From: an uncultured Bacteroidota bacterium
GTDB taxonomy: Bacteria > Bacteroidota > Bacteroidia > Flavobacteriales > Flavobacteriaceae
Direction: 5' to 3'
Assembly (NCBI GenBank): GCA_902595825.1
Contig: CACJRP010000006.1
Coordinates: 573 to 64,572, forward strand
Length of the DNA stretch: 64,000 nucleotides
Below the pieces are notes generated by a model that worked only from the letters and a program-made list of their open reading frames with translations, made no database searches and was not told the origin of the DNA. This document shows, one piece after another, positions 19,176-29,334 of the stretch (position 1 is its first letter; each line of letters starts with the position of its first letter). A program made the translations under genes and the position numbers.

Positions 19176-19400
19176 ATGACTTTAGATAAGATTAAATTAA
19201 ATCAGACTGTTAAAGTTACAAAGGTACATACAGACTATGTTCCAACAAAATTTGTTCAGCTAGGATTCATTCCCGGTGCTGAAATAGCATTAGAGAGACC
19301 CCCTTCAAAAAATGGTTTGCTATATATCGTTTTAGATGGTTTTTATTTAGCAATAACAGAAGAAATCGCAAAAAAAATTGAGGTTGAAAAAATAGATTGA
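19176..19400 (+). CDS. feoA: Ferrous iron transport protein A
   Basis: 74-aa SH3-like FeoA pattern (...VKVTKVH...LGFIPGAEI...). 4-bp overlap with feoB. Confidence 0.8.
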   Translation: MTLDKIKLNQTVKVTKVHTDYVPTKFVQLGFIPGAEIALERPPSKNGLLYIVLDGFYLAITEEIAKKIEVEKID

Positions 19401-21436
19401 TGAAAAAAAAATTCAACCTTTTACTTTTAGGAAATCCAAATACAGGTAAATCTTCATTATTTAATAAATTAACTGGTCTAAACCAAAAAGTAGGAAATTT
19501 TCCCGGAGTTACAGTTGAAAAAAAAGAAGGGACTATTAATTTTAAAAATAATTATTTTGCCAATGTAATTGATTTACCGGGAACCTACAGTGTTAATTCA
19601 TTTTCCCCGGAGGAAGAAGTTGTATCTAATATTCTACTTGAAAAAAATAAAATTTCACCTGATGCTGCTCTTGTAGTATCAGATATTGAAAATCTGAAAC
19701 ATAATCTACTTTTGTTTACCCAAGTTAAAGATTTAGGTATTCCATTATATCTAATTATCAATATGTGCGATGTAATGGAGAAAAGGGGAATAGCACTAGA
19801 CATAAGTACTTTAGAGGAAGAATTAAAAACAAAGATTTTTTTAATTAGTACAAGAAATTCTATTGGGATTGATGATTTATTAAATGAAATCCCAAATATA
19901 TTTGATTCAGATACCTCAGCAATTGTAGATAACAACTACATGGATTTTGGAACTATTCAAAAAATCAACAATGAAAATAACTCTAGCCTATTTTATAAAA
20001 GTTGGCTTTTGCAAATTAATAAAATTTCAAATTTAGAAGATTTAAAAAAAATTAAACATAAAGAAGCGGTTCATCGATACAGATTTATAAATAATAAATT
20101 AAATAAAACTCTAAATATTGATAGAAAAAAAGCCTACGATCTTAGATCCAAACTTGATAATATATTTTTACACCCTTTTTGGGGTACAATTATTTTTATG
20201 TCAATTTTAGCTTTAATATTCCAAACAATTTTTACTTGGAGTAGTTATCCAATGGATTTTATTGATGAAATGTTTTCGAATTTGTCGAATTATACTAAAG
20301 CAGTTCTGCCCGAAGGAGTATTTACAAATCTTTTAGCAGAGGGTATCATTGCTGGAATCGGTGGTGTAATTATTTTTGTCCCCCAGATAGCCCTTCTTTT
20401 CATGTTCATTTCTATTCTTGAAGAGACGGGATATATGAGTCGAGTGGTTTTTTTATTTGATAAAAGATTAAAAAAATATGGTTTGAGTGGAAAAAGTATA
20501 ATACCATTAATTTCAGGAGTAGCTTGCGCTATCCCAGCTGTTATGTCAACTAGGAATATTAATGATTGGAAACAAAGACTAACAACAATATTGATAGTAC
20601 CTTTTATGACATGTTCTGCAAGGTTGCCGGTTTATCTAATACTAATTTCTATTGTAATTCCAGATAATTATTTTTTCATATTTAATTATCAAGGGTTGAC
20701 CCTTTTAGGATTATACCTACTTGCTGTTTTAATGGCTCTAATTTCAGCTTTCGTATTTAGTAAAATGATTAAGTCCAATTTTAAGAATTATGTTGTTATT
20801 GAAATGCCAAACTATAAAGTACCTGTTTTAAAAAACGTTTTATTTACTGTTTACTCAAAAACAAAATCATTTGTTTTTGAAGCAGGTAAAATAATATTAT
20901 CTATATCGATTCTTTTGTGGATATTAGCTTCTAACGGACCTGGAGACGATTTCAAATATGCAGAGCAAATTATCTTGGAGAAATATGATAACAAAAAAAA
21001 TATATCGGAATTGGATTACGAGATTCAATCTTACAGATTAGAAAACTCATATATCGGTACCGCAGGAAAAATACTGGAACCAATTTTAAATCCCTTGGGA
21101 TATGATTGGAAAATAGGTATTGCAATCATAACCTCATTCGCAGCAAGAGAGGTTTTTGTTGGAACCTTGGCAACCATTTTTAGCGTTGGTAGTGAAAACG
21201 TAGAAACAATAAAAGAGAAAATGTCATATCAAAGAAAACAAAATGGTCAACTATTGTTTAATTTACCAACCGGAGTTTCTCTGATGGTTTTTTATGCATT
21301 TGCACTACAGTGTATGAGTACAATTGCTATAGTTAAAAAAGAAACTAATTCTTGGAAGTGGCCGGCAATACAATTTACATTTATGACAATTATTGCTTAT
21401 ATTTCAGCACTAATTGTATATCAGACTTTATCATGA
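19397..21436 (+). CDS. feoB: Ferrous iron transporter B
   Basis: N-terminal G-domain GNPNTGKSSLFN, DLPGTYS. Large C-terminal polytopic membrane domain. Confidence 0.92.
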   Translation: MMKKKFNLLLLGNPNTGKSSLFNKLTGLNQKVGNFPGVTVEKKEGTINFKNNYFANVIDLPGTYSVNSFSPEEEVVSNILLEKNKISPDAALVVSDIENLKHNLLLFTQVKDLGIPLYLIINMCDVMEKRGIALDISTLEEELKTKIFLISTRNSIGIDDLLNEIPNIFDSDTSAIVDNNYMDFGTIQKINNENNSSLFYKSWLLQINKISNLEDLKKIKHKEAVHRYRFINNKLNKTLNIDRKKAYDLRSKLDNIFLHPFWGTIIFMSILALIFQTIFTWSSYPMDFIDEMFSNLSNYTKAVLPEGVFTNLLAEGIIAGIGGVIIFVPQIALLFMFISILEETGYMSRVVFLFDKRLKKYGLSGKSIIPLISGVACAIPAVMSTRNINDWKQRLTTILIVPFMTCSARLPVYLILISIVIPDNYFFIFNYQGLTLLGLYLLAVLMALISAFVFSKMIKSNFKNYVVIEMPNYKVPVLKNVLFTVYSKTKSFVFEAGKIILSISILLWILASNGPGDDFKYAEQIILEKYDNKKNISELDYEIQSYRLENSYIGTAGKILEPILNPLGYDWKIGIAIITSFAAREVFVGTLATIFSVGSENVETIKEKMSYQRKQNGQLLFNLPTGVSLMVFYAFALQCMSTIAIVKKETNSWKWPAIQFTFMTIIAYISALIVYQTLS

Positions 21437-21555
21437 ATTCTTTTATCCAGTATTTTTTAGTTATAGCTTGTATTTTTTTATCACTTAGGTTTTTATACTA
21501 TAAATTTATAAAGGCAAATTATAAATCATGTGATACTGACTGTGACTGTCATTAA
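21433..21555 (+). CDS. FeoB-associated Cys-rich membrane peptide (40 aa)
   Basis: MNSFIQYFLVIACIFLSLRFLYYKFIKANYKSCDTDCDCH: one transmembrane helix plus a C-terminal Cys cluster. ATGA overlap with the feoB stop. The ORF-track start at 21352 lies inside feoB and was rejected. Confidence 0.6.
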   Translation: MNSFIQYFLVIACIFLSLRFLYYKFIKANYKSCDTDCDCH

Positions 21556-22844
21556 CTATTCATTATACTTTCAATTTCATCGATTTCAATCGGTATGTTT
21601 TTCATCAGGTTTATAGGGTCACCACTTTCTTGAACTACAACGACGTCTTCAATACGTATTCCAAACCCTTCATCAGGCAAGTAGATTCCTGGTTCAACAG
21701 TGAAGACCATATTTGGTTCAAAAGGTTCACTTAAAAGTCCATAATCATGAGTATCTAATCCAAGATGATGCGATGTTCCGTGCATGAAATATTTTTTATA
21801 TGCAGGGTATTTAGGGTTTTGCTTTTTTACATCATTTTTGTCAATTAATCCCAACTTTAGAAGTTCTGCAGTCATAATTTTTCCAACTTCTTCATGATAT
21901 TCTTTCCATAAATTACCTGGCTTCAAAAGAGTTGTAGCTTCCTTTTTTACATTTAGGACCGCATTGTAAATAGCCCTTTGACGAACACTATACCTTCCAG
22001 AAACAGGTATCGTGCGAGTAAGATCACTACAATAATTACCATACTCAGCAGCAGAATCAATTAGAATAAGTTCTCCAGACTTGCACTGTGAATTATTTTT
22101 TATGTAATGCAAAATGTTGGCATTTTTTCCACTTGCTATGATAGGAGAATAAGCGAATCCTTTAGAGCGGTTTGAAATAAATTCGTGAAGTAGTTCCGCT
22201 TCAATTTCATATTCCCAAACACCCGGCTTGATAAATTTTAAGATTCTTCTAAATCCCATCTCAGTAATATCACTAGCTTTTTTAATCTGGTTTATTTCTA
22301 ATGGGTCTTTAATTGATCTAAGGTGCTGCAATATCGGATTACTTCTGTATACAGAATGAGTTGGATATTCTTTCTTAAACTTTGAAATGAATCTATCCTC
22401 TCTAGTTTGTGTCTCGGAATTATTCCTGTAATGTTCATTTTTATTAAGATAGATTCCATTATTTTGAGAAGTAATTTCTTTCAGGGTGGAGTCAAATTCA
22501 TTTAACCATAAAATTTTTTCAATGCCACTAATCAATCTTGCGTCTTCTTTTGATAGTTTTGGCCCTTCCCAAATTTGAATATTTTTGTCTGTTTTTTTAA
22601 CAAATAAGATTTCGCGATTTTTTATTTCTTGAGCTTGAGGAGAAAGTAATAGAATGGTTTCTTCTTGATCAATTCCAGTCAAATAAAAAATATCCCTGTG
22701 CTGTTCAAATGGAAATGTTGAATCTGCACCGATTGGATAAATATCATTAGAATTAAATACTGCAATACTGTCCTTTTTCATCTCACTCATGAACTTATCT
22801 CTGTTTTTTTTGTAAACATGACTGCTTATAGGTTTATATCTCAT
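21552..22844 (-). CDS. Xaa-Pro aminopeptidase (M24B)
   Basis: M24 metal-ligand pattern (...DSAAEYGNYCSDLTRT..., HGTSHHLGLDTHD, ...EPGIY...RIED...). Confidence 0.85.
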   Translation of the reverse strand: MRYKPISSHVYKKNRDKFMSEMKKDSIAVFNSNDIYPIGADSTFPFEQHRDIFYLTGIDQEETILLLSPQAQEIKNREILFVKKTDKNIQIWEGPKLSKEDARLISGIEKILWLNEFDSTLKEITSQNNGIYLNKNEHYRNNSETQTREDRFISKFKKEYPTHSVYRSNPILQHLRSIKDPLEINQIKKASDITEMGFRRILKFIKPGVWEYEIEAELLHEFISNRSKGFAYSPIIASGKNANILHYIKNNSQCKSGELILIDSAAEYGNYCSDLTRTIPVSGRYSVRQRAIYNAVLNVKKEATTLLKPGNLWKEYHEEVGKIMTAELLKLGLIDKNDVKKQNPKYPAYKKYFMHGTSHHLGLDTHDYGLLSEPFEPNMVFTVEPGIYLPDEGFGIRIEDVVVVQESGDPINLMKNIPIEIDEIESIMNS

Positions 22845-22974
22845 ATGATAGACTTAATTTTTTTCTTTTAAATTATAAATTTAATTAAATATCTTTTTGT
22901 TTATTATTTAGCTCTTATTATTAAATAAAACCTAAACAATAATGATTCTTCGTTCTCTTTATCTCTAATAATTA

Positions 22975-23002
22975 GTGTACCTTAAAAAAATTGTGTACCT
23001 TA
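22975..23002 (+). repeat. Bipartite direct repeat GTGTACCTTA-N8-GTGTACCTTA upstream of sdhC
   Basis: 10-mers start at 22975 and 22993 (18-bp period). The repeat ends 27 nt before the sdhC ATG. The same architecture recurs at 23750-23777. Confidence 0.6.
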
Positions 23003-23029
23003 GCTGAAAGTTAGAAATATTGTTAGGTT

Positions 23030-23692
23030 ATGTTCAAACTATTTAATTCCTCTTTAGTTAAAAAGTACGCGATGGCTATATCTGGTCTATTTTTGATTCT
23101 ATTTCTATTTCAGCATTTCACTATTAATTTAACCTCTGTGTTTTCTGAAAAAGCCTTTAATAGTATTTCCCATTTCATGGGGAATAATCCAATAGTCCAA
23201 TTTATTTTACAACCAATCTTAATTTTTGGTGTAGTCTTTCATTTTGTTATGGGGATGGTACTAGATTATCAAAATCGTAAATCACGCTCTGTAAAATACT
23301 ATTACGTTAAGGGTAGTTCAAATTCTTCCTGGATGTCTAGGAACATGATTTTGTCAGGAATTGTTGTTTTGCTTTTTATGTTTTTACACTTCTATGATTT
23401 TTGGGTACCAGAAATGAATTACAAATATGTTGAAGTTAACCCGTTAGATCCAGATAGATATTACCACGAAATGACTCACAAATTTGAAAGTCCAATAAGA
23501 GTTAGTATTTATTCATTTTCTTTTCTTTTTCTTGGGTTACACCTTTTACATGGCTTTAATTCCTCATTTCAATCTGTTGGAGTAAACAATAAATACATTC
23601 TTTCAATTAGAGGTTTGACAAAACTTTTTGCAATTGGAGTTCCATTTGGTTTTGTTTTTATAGCATTATTTCATTTTACAAATTCAATATGA
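23030..23692 (+). CDS. sdhC: Succinate dehydrogenase / fumarate reductase cytochrome b subunit (Bacteroidetes type)
   Basis: About 220 aa, five predicted transmembrane helices with conserved His residues. Precedes sdhA and sdhB. Confidence 0.85.
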   Translation: MFKLFNSSLVKKYAMAISGLFLILFLFQHFTINLTSVFSEKAFNSISHFMGNNPIVQFILQPILIFGVVFHFVMGMVLDYQNRKSRSVKYYYVKGSSNSSWMSRNMILSGIVVLLFMFLHFYDFWVPEMNYKYVEVNPLDPDRYYHEMTHKFESPIRVSIYSFSFLFLGLHLLHGFNSSFQSVGVNNKYILSIRGLTKLFAIGVPFGFVFIALFHFTNSI

Positions 23693-23749
23693 TTGATTTA
23701 GCCCAAACAATTTATTTAGAAATAAAATTTTCACTGGTTCACTTTTTTT

Positions 23750-23777
23750 GTGCACCTTGATTAATTTGTGTACCTTA
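23750..23777 (+). repeat. Bipartite direct repeat GTGCACCTTG-N8-GTGTACCTTA upstream of the extended sdhA ORF
   Basis: 10-mers start at 23750 and 23768 (18-bp period, as in the 22975-23002 copy). The repeat ends 12 nt before the TTG at 23790. Confidence 0.6.
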
Positions 23778-23789
23778 AAATAAAAAAAA

Positions 23790-26048
23790 TTGAAAAAAAC
23801 AGTTAAAATAAGATATAGACCAAATTCAAACGGAACCTCATCAATTAGGTTAAATTTTTTTTCTGGCTATGAAATTGTGAATGGTAAGCGTAAGCCAAAA
23901 AGACTTATAAAAACCTTGCCATTTCATTTAATTACTGACCCTAAAACAACAGACGAAAAAAATCAAAATGAGGCATATATTCAAAAAGCCAAATTATTAG
24001 CAATAGAATGGGAAAAATCACTTTATAAACACACTAAAACTAATGGTCAAATTCTTAATCCTAAAACTCCAAAGGGAAGTCTTTCTGAAAAGTGGACCAA
24101 TCATAAAAGTAAAATAAATCTGGTAAGTCCAGCAAACAAACGTCAAATCGATGTGATAGTTGTTGGTACTGGTTTAGCAGGGGCATCAGCTTCAGCTACT
24201 TTAGCAGAACTTGGGTACAATGTTAAAACTTTTTGTTTTCAAGATTCCCCTAGAAGAGCTCACTCAATAGCTGCCCAGGGAGGTATAAACGCAGCTAAAA
24301 ATTATCAAGGAGACGGTGATTCAATACATAGACTTTTTTATGATACTATCAAGGGTGGAGACTACAGATCTAGGGAGGCTAACGTTTACAGATTAGCGGA
24401 GGTTTCTGGAAATATAATTGACCAATGTGTTGCTCAAGGAGTTCCATTCGCTCGGGACTACGGAGGACTTTTAGATAACAGATCCTTTGGAGGAGTACTT
24501 GTTTCCAGGACATTTTACGCCAAAGGTCAAACTGGTCAACAACTTTTGTTAGGTGCCTATTCAGCTATGAACAGACAAATTGGAAGAGGAAAAATTAAAA
24601 TGTATAACAGACATGAAATGATGGATATCGTTATCATTGACGGAAAAGCAAGGGGAATTATAACCAGAAATTTGGTTACTGGTGAAATTAACAGACATTC
24701 TTCTCATGCTGTCGTAATTGCCTCCGGTGGTTATGGGAATGTTTTTTACTTGTCTACTAACGCGATGGGCAGTAATGTTTCTGCATCATGGAAAATACAT
24801 AAAAGAGGTGCTCTTTTTGCGAATCCTTGCTTTACTCAAATTCATCCCACTTGTATTCCAGTTTCTGGAGATCACCAATCTAAATTAACCCTGATGTCCG
24901 AATCACTAAGAAACGATGGACGTATATGGGTACCCAAAAAACTAGAAGATGTTAAGATGATTAGAGAGGGTAAATTAAGTCCAACTGAAATCGCAGAGGA
25001 GAATCGTGATTATTATCTAGAAAGAAGGTATCCAGCATTTGGGAATCTGGTTCCAAGGGATGTTGCTTCAAGAGCTGCTAAAGAGCGTTGTGATGCTGGA
25101 TATGGTGTAAATAAGACCGGAGAAGCAGTTTATTTAGACTTTAGTTCTTCGATTGAAAGATATGGAAAAGAGAGAGCTTTAGTTTTGGGACTTGATGAAA
25201 AAGATGCCTCATTAGTAATGAAGTTAGGAAAACAAGTTGTTAAAGCGAAATATGGGAATTTATTTCAGATGTACGAAAAAATTGTGGATCAAAATCCATA
25301 TGAAACTCCAATGATGATTTATCCTGCGGTACATTACACAATGGGAGGTGTATGGGTTGATTATAATTTAATGACAACAATCCCTGGGTGTTATGCAATT
25401 GGTGAAGCTAATTTTTCTGACCATGGAGCTAACCGACTTGGCGCGTCAGCACTAATGCAAGGACTGGCAGACGGTTATTTTGTTCTACCTTACACAATAG
25501 GAGATTATTTATCTGATGATATTCGTACTGGTCCAATTTCCGTTGATAGGCCTGAATTCGAGAATGCAGAAAAATATGTTAGAGAGTCTTTAGAAAAGTT
25601 AATTAATAGAAAAGGCAAAAATCCAGTCGATTATTATCACAAAAAACTTGGTAAAATTATGTGGAATAAATGTGGGATGTCTCGTAACAAAAATCAACTA
25701 AAGGAAGCAATAAAAGAAATAAAAAATCTTAGAGAAGATTTCCATCAGAATTTAAAAATACCTGGGGAATTGGATGAATTTAATGAAGAATTGTCAAAAG
25801 CTACTAGGGTATCGGATTTTCTTGAACTTGGCGAATTGTTTGCCAAGGATGCACTAGAAAGAGAGGAGTCATGTGGGGGACATTTTAGAGAAGAGCATCA
25901 GACAAAAGAGGGTGAAGCAATGCGAAACGATAAAGATTATAAATATGTTTCAGCATGGGAATTTAACGAGGAACCCAGAAAATCTGTTCTTCACAAAGAA
26001 AAACTTGAATACGAAGAAATTGAGGTAAAAACAAGATCATACAAGTAA
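23790..26048 (+). CDS. sdhA: Succinate dehydrogenase / fumarate reductase flavoprotein subunit with an atypical 87-aa N-terminal extension
   Basis: Canonical core from about 24051 (...[46 protein letters not shown]..., [12 protein letters not shown], ...HPTCIP...). The only possible in-frame start codons are TTG 23790, GTG 23877 and TTG 23916. The true start is uncertain. Confidence 0.85.
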   Translation: MKKTVKIRYRPNSNGTSSIRLNFFSGYEIVNGKRKPKRLIKTLPFHLITDPKTTDEKNQNEAYIQKAKLLAIEWEKSLYKHTKTNGQILNPKTPKGSLSEKWTNHKSKINLVSPANKRQIDVIVVGTGLAGASASATLAELGYNVKTFCFQDSPRRAHSIAAQGGINAAKNYQGDGDSIHRLFYDTIKGGDYRSREANVYRLAEVSGNIIDQCVAQGVPFARDYGGLLDNRSFGGVLVSRTFYAKGQTGQQLLLGAYSAMNRQIGRGKIKMYNRHEMMDIVIIDGKARGIITRNLVTGEINRHSSHAVVIASGGYGNVFYLSTNAMGSNVSASWKIHKRGALFANPCFTQIHPTCIPVSGDHQSKLTLMSESLRNDGRIWVPKKLEDVKMIREGKLSPTEIAEENRDYYLERRYPAFGNLVPRDVASRAAKERCDAGYGVNKTGEAVYLDFSSSIERYGKERALVLGLDEKDASLVMKLGKQVVKAKYGNLFQMYEKIVDQNPYETPMMIYPAVHYTMGGVWVDYNLMTTIPGCYAIGEANFSDHGANRLGASALMQGLADGYFVLPYTIGDYLSDDIRTGPISVDRPEFENAEKYVRESLEKLINRKGKNPVDYYHKKLGKIMWNKCGMSRNKNQLKEAIKEIKNLREDFHQNLKIPGELDEFNEELSKATRVSDFLELGELFAKDALEREESCGGHFREEHQTKEGEAMRNDKDYKYVSAWEFNEEPRKSVLHKEKLEYEEIEVKTRSYK

Positions 26049-26049
26049 A

Positions 26050-26799
26050 ATGAATTTAACATTAAAAATTTGGAGACAACGAAACAGTAACTCTAAGGGG
26101 AAAATGAAATCATACAAGATGTCAAATATTTCTCCCGACATGTCATTTCTCGAAATGATAGATGTTCTAAATAGCAAAATTATATCTGAAGGGAAAGAAG
26201 ATCCTGTAGCCTTTGACCATGATTGTAGAGAAGGTATTTGTGGAATGTGCTCCATGTTTATAAATGGTCAGGCTCATGGACCAGATCGACTTGTAACTAC
26301 ATGCCAATTGCATATGAGAAAATTTAAGGATGGTGACACCATTGTTATTGAACCTTTTCGAGCAAATGCTTTTCCAGTAATAAAAGATTTGGTTGTTGAC
26401 CGATCAGCATTTGATAGAATACAGCAAGCGGGAGGCTTTATTAGTGTTAATACGTCTGGTAATACTCAAGATGCAAATTCTATTCCTATTGAAAAAGAGG
26501 ATGCTGACAAATCATTTGATGCAGCTACATGTATTGGTTGTGGAGCTTGTGTTGCTAGTTGTAAAAATGCTTCTGCTATGTTATTCGTATCTGCAAAGGT
26601 TTCTCAATATGCACTCCTTCCGCAAGGCAAGATCGAGTCAAAACAAAGAGTTTTAAATATGGTCAAGCAGATGGACGATGAGGGGTTTGGAAATTGTACT
26701 AATACGGGAGCATGCGAAGTTGAGTGTCCCAAGGGTATATCTTTGAAGAATGTAGCTAGAATGAATAGCGAATACTTATCGTCTACTTTAAAGCCCTAA
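26050..26799 (+). CDS. sdhB: Succinate dehydrogenase / fumarate reductase iron-sulfur subunit
   Basis: Cys clusters [33 protein letters not shown]. Starts 2 nt after sdhA. Confidence 0.92.
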   Translation: MNLTLKIWRQRNSNSKGKMKSYKMSNISPDMSFLEMIDVLNSKIISEGKEDPVAFDHDCREGICGMCSMFINGQAHGPDRLVTTCQLHMRKFKDGDTIVIEPFRANAFPVIKDLVVDRSAFDRIQQAGGFISVNTSGNTQDANSIPIEKEDADKSFDAATCIGCGACVASCKNASAMLFVSAKVSQYALLPQGKIESKQRVLNMVKQMDDEGFGNCTNTGACEVECPKGISLKNVARMNSEYLSSTLKP

Positions 26800-26806
26800 T
26801 TCCCGA

Positions 26807-27586
26807 GTGTTGAAAAATAATCTTCAAATTGCTGCGATTCAATTCGATATTAAATGGGAATCAAAGCATAAAAACCGCGAGATTATTGAAAAATACTTAG
26901 ATAAAACTTCTGAAACCGACATTATATTATTACCCGAAATGTTTACTACAGGATTTACAATGCAAGCTGAAAAATTTTCTGAAAATATGAACGATGAAAC
27001 AGTTAATTGGATGAAATCATGGGCTAAAAGGTTAAACTCAGCTATAGGCGGAAGTATCATCATATCGGAAGCTTCTAAAATTTATAACCGCTTCGTTTTT
27101 GTAACCCCTGAAGAGGAAATATTCTTTTACGATAAAAGGTATACTTTCACTCTAGCTAATGAAAATAAGTATTATACCAAAGGAAGTAATTTGGGAATTT
27201 TTGAATACAAAGGTTGGAAGATTTGTACAAGAATATGTTATGATTTAAGATTTCCAGTTTGGTCAAGAAATAAATATAATTATGACCTTTTAATTTATGT
27301 TGCTAATTGGCCCAAGAAAAGAATTCAAGCCTGGGATTCTCTTTTGAAAGCTAGAGCAATAGAAAACATGTGCTATTGTGTAGGTGTAAATAGAGTCGGA
27401 ATTGATGGAAATAATAAAAGTTATCCAGGACACACAACTTTTTTTAATTATTTAGGGGATAAGATTGCAAGCTGTGAGGAAAAAAACCCCAACGTTATCG
27501 ATTATAAATTTGATAAAGAGGAGATGATATCTACTCGAAAAGAGTTAAAATTTTTAGATGATATAGTTGATTTTAAATTTCAATAG
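26807..27586 (+). CDS. Carbon-nitrogen hydrolase (nitrilase superfamily, omega-amidase/YafV-like)
   Basis: Catalytic-triad context LPEMFTTGF (Glu), ...K..., RICYDLRFP (Cys). Confidence 0.8.
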   Translation: MLKNNLQIAAIQFDIKWESKHKNREIIEKYLDKTSETDIILLPEMFTTGFTMQAEKFSENMNDETVNWMKSWAKRLNSAIGGSIIISEASKIYNRFVFVTPEEEIFFYDKRYTFTLANENKYYTKGSNLGIFEYKGWKICTRICYDLRFPVWSRNKYNYDLLIYVANWPKKRIQAWDSLLKARAIENMCYCVGVNRVGIDGNNKSYPGHTTFFNYLGDKIASCEEKNPNVIDYKFDKEEMISTRKELKFLDDIVDFKFQ

Positions 27587-29183
27587 TTTCATTTAATTCC
27601 CAATTAGCTCTAACAATTATAGATTCTTTTAAATATTTAACTTCCTCTGGTTGTATTTTTTTTAAATAATTACCAGTGTCCCATTTTCCATTACCATTAG
27701 CATCTTTAACTATTCTAATTTGATATTCTCCAGGTGGCAAATATTCCAAAGTATAAAAGTTTTCAAGATTGTTTTTTGTTCTCCTAATCAATTCTCCTTT
27801 TACATTAATAAGCTCAAGTATGTAATTTTTATTGTAATTTTCTGGCTTTACAGTCAAAAAAAGTTTACCATAGTCTTCAATTTTAGTAGTATTGATTTTA
27901 TGAAAAATTGTATCATTCGTTGATCCCAGAAAGTCCGTTATTGCCATAGGGAGTATTTGAATTTGGTACAAATCATTGGGAACTTTTTCAAAATTTAAAT
28001 AAACAAAATCAAGATTTTTATCAATTTTAGTTGAAAAAGGAACTTCCATGGTGTCAACGTCAAAGATCTGAATTAAGTCTTCGTTAACGTCTGTTATCGG
28101 TAAACTACTCTTTATTTTTAGGGTATCAAGAAAATCAATTTTACTTCCATTAGAAGGGATTATTTTTAATACTAAAGAATCCTTTTCAAGTTTAAATGGT
28201 TTTAAAACAACTACTTTGGTACTATCTTTAACCTCAATCTCCGTCACAACGGAGTCAAGTTCTTTCTGGGGAGTAAACCAAAAATGAAGTGTGTCTTTTT
28301 CCCTGTCTCTTGTAAAAAAACTCTTTGTACCCTTATCAAATTTATTTTTTATACTTACTTTTTTGTCTGCTAGTTCCCCGTAGTAAGGAAATTCTATGTG
28401 ATGATCATTTATTATTTTTGCTCTGCCCCACTGGAAGTTTGTAATTTCTTTAAAAAGGACAGGAAGAAAAAAAGTATCTTTTGGAATTTCGATTGGCTTT
28501 TCAAAAAAACCTATTTTATCAAAACTTTGATCAAAATAGTAATTATTTGATTTGTCTTGAATAGCAATAAATTCATATTTCCCTGGAGCAAGACTATTTA
28601 ATTCAAAATAAACACTATCAAGTGTATTTCCCACGTAAAAAGGTTTTTGATTGTAAATTGTTGAGTCATTGAAAACAGAATCAATAGGATACAAATGGAT
28701 GGAAACAAAACTCAATGAATCAATTTCATATGCATCTTTTACAAATCCAGAAATTTTCAATGAATCAATATAATTTCCTGTAGAGAAAGTGTAATTAAAA
28801 AAGGGTAAAACATTTCCTTCATTGTTATCAACAATAGACGAACCGAAGTTAAATGTAAAAGTAGAGTTTTCTCGAAGTCGATTATTAATCTCAATTTCAA
28901 CTTTTTTTGTAATAGTATTTTCTGGAATTATTTTATAATCTTTCTTTTCTAGGGGAGGTGAAATAATGAGCTGCTGGTTTATATCCTCCAGTTTTATGTA
29001 TTCATCAAAGTTTAGAGTGATTTTTTCCGATTTAAAGTTTAAATTATTTATTGGCGGATTAGAACTTAATAAAACTGGGGGGATAGTATCCTTTAAACCA
29101 CCAGTTAAAGTTCCTCTTTTTGCACAGTTAAAAAGTGTTAAACTTTCAAAAAAAATTAAAAAAATTAAAAGCCACTTTAGCAC
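27573..29183 (-). CDS. Ig-like-domain lipoprotein of unknown function
   Basis: Lipobox ...LTLFNC. Beta-rich repetitive sequence. 3' end overlaps the convergent amidohydrolase gene by 14 bp. Confidence 0.55.
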   Translation of the reverse strand: MLKWLLIFLIFFESLTLFNCAKRGTLTGGLKDTIPPVLLSSNPPINNLNFKSEKITLNFDEYIKLEDINQQLIISPPLEKKDYKIIPENTITKKVEIEINNRLRENSTFTFNFGSSIVDNNEGNVLPFFNYTFSTGNYIDSLKISGFVKDAYEIDSLSFVSIHLYPIDSVFNDSTIYNQKPFYVGNTLDSVYFELNSLAPGKYEFIAIQDKSNNYYFDQSFDKIGFFEKPIEIPKDTFFLPVLFKEITNFQWGRAKIINDHHIEFPYYGELADKKVSIKNKFDKGTKSFFTRDREKDTLHFWFTPQKELDSVVTEIEVKDSTKVVVLKPFKLEKDSLVLKIIPSNGSKIDFLDTLKIKSSLPITDVNEDLIQIFDVDTMEVPFSTKIDKNLDFVYLNFEKVPNDLYQIQILPMAITDFLGSTNDTIFHKINTTKIEDYGKLFLTVKPENYNKNYILELINVKGELIRRTKNNLENFYTLEYLPPGEYQIRIVKDANGNGKWDTGNYLKKIQPEEVKYLKESIIVRANWELNETIEI

Positions 29184-29334
29184 AAAATAAAATTGAAAAG
29201 TTATTTATAAATAAAAGTAAATTATAATTGTAAATATTTAGTTATTAATTTAAAATTTAATTCGTTTAAAAATCATCTGTCTTTTATATTAGTTAATTCT
29301 TCGTTAATATAAAAAGAAGTATTTTTGGGGAATT

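Noticed and set aside
28326-28339. 14-mer TGTACCCTTATCAA shared between 28326-28339 and 35641-35654. It superficially resembles the sdh-associated GTGTACCTTA motif.
   Set aside because: Both copies lie inside unrelated coding regions. Exact 14-mer repeats are expected by chance many times in a 64-kb two-strand comparison.
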